Origin: Phoronis australis
Lineage: Eukaryota; Animalia; Phoronida
Direction of reading: 5' to 3'
NCBI GenBank assembly: GCA_002633005.1
Contig: NMRA01000161.1
Coordinates: 600,959 to 664,958, forward strand
DNA: 64,000 nucleotides
The first letter of the stretch is position 1. Every line of letters begins with the position of its first letter. Below, one piece after another: positions 62,791-64,000 of the stretch. Both the position numbers and the translations under genes were made by a program. A model generated the notes under the pieces. That model saw only the letters and a program-made list of their open reading frames with translations, had not been told where the DNA came from and searched no databases.

Positions 62791-64000
62791 AATGTCAAGA
62801 TTTTTCGTCCGCACCCATGTGGTCACGTAACCTGTTATTTTACGCAGACAGCGCTCCCGCTGGTCGCCCACTAATAAACAGATGTAATCCTGTTGATATT
62901 CGGATACGTCGGTCTAGTATGGTGTCTCATCATGACAGTTTGTAATATCTTCCATGTTTCTTCATGGATCCTCATGAGAGCACATATAGTGTTGATTTTT
63001 GGATGGCTCTGACTATTGTGTCACCTTGTGGCAGTCTTAGTTTTCTTTGTGTCTACTGAGTCTTTTGAATATGACAATTATGTTAATAACAAAGATTAAA
63101 TGGCACTTGTTGAATTTCGGATGGATCAGATGAATGCTGTGCCCCCTTGTGGCAATTTATCTTTTGCAGTCATCTCTCCATCTATGTAAAGACCTTGTAT
63201 ATTTGTACTGAAGGTGGGACAACACATGTCAGTGTTTGGAGAAATCTATGTTGTGCAGTGCCATTCAGATACTGCTTGGGTCTACCTCTGACTGACTTAC
63301 CGCTTGAGGGATCTTTGTGAACTTTGAACTTCTGTCTCTATCACAGCAAAGACCACACTCTTTAATTTTCAGATAAATACTACTAGTACTTCAAGATATT
63401 GTGGCAGTTACTAATTTTTGATGCCCACCATGGTATACATGTACTGTTCAAGGAATTCAGCAGTTATGTTTTCATTAATGAGAGTCCGCCTCACCAGTCT
63501 TTAAATGACTTGCTTTACACCTCCTAGAGGCTATTATTTGAGGTTAACTAATATTACTCCCTCTAGTGAGAATGTTTAAAGTAATGGTCATCCCTTATAT
63601 CTGTGCTGTATTTACATAGTGGTCCTATCAATGCTCTGCCTTGCTCTTACACATGAAGCTGCAATTTGCATCCAGCTGGTTCCAGTAACCAAATGTTCAG
63701 TTAGATGATTGGATAAAGTAAAGTTAAACAAACTCAGGTTGTTATAATTAGTGTGATGCATTTGTTGCTTAAAAATGTCTCTGAAACTGAAATGTTGCTG
63801 AAAGATTATATAAATACAGGGTATTTGTGGGGGGACCTGTCAAATTTCGTATTTGAACTGTCAAAAGTAATGTTAATTTCTGATGAGGGAAGTCAAGAAA
63901 CTCTTAAATAAAACACATTTATCAAGTGATAAATTCATATGTTATCACCTGGTAATACGTTACCGAAACCTTGCATTTTGAGAATTTTGACCAAAGTTGG

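Overview
Intron-rich metazoan genomic DNA, AT-rich, probably from a marine invertebrate (species not determinable from sequence alone). Nearly all short ORFs in the supplied track are noise or exon fragments. Two spliced genes can be rebuilt by hand with consistent GT-AG phases. MITD1 is on the + strand (6 coding exons, 5587-13375, 250 aa). A CEP135/TSGA10-family centriolar coiled-coil gene is on the - strand (24 coding exons, 54247-18562, 1242 aa), tail-to-tail with MITD1. A probable first coding exon of a third, unidentified + strand gene lies at 58278-58409, behind a likely bidirectional promoter near 56.8 kb. The rest is non-autonomous DNA transposons (hAT-like MITEs, foldback elements, Helentron/HINE-like elements), L1/Tx1 LINE remnants, a SINE and minisatellites. 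The most interesting signals are inferences about the CEP135 locus: candidate internal first exons in the 11-kb intron 3, one encoding a peptide resembling the N-terminus of vertebrate TSGA10; a candidate 9-nt microexon with UGC/YGCY regulatory context; linkage to MITD1 as seen for human TSGA10; and decayed tandem copies of exon 3' ends in introns.
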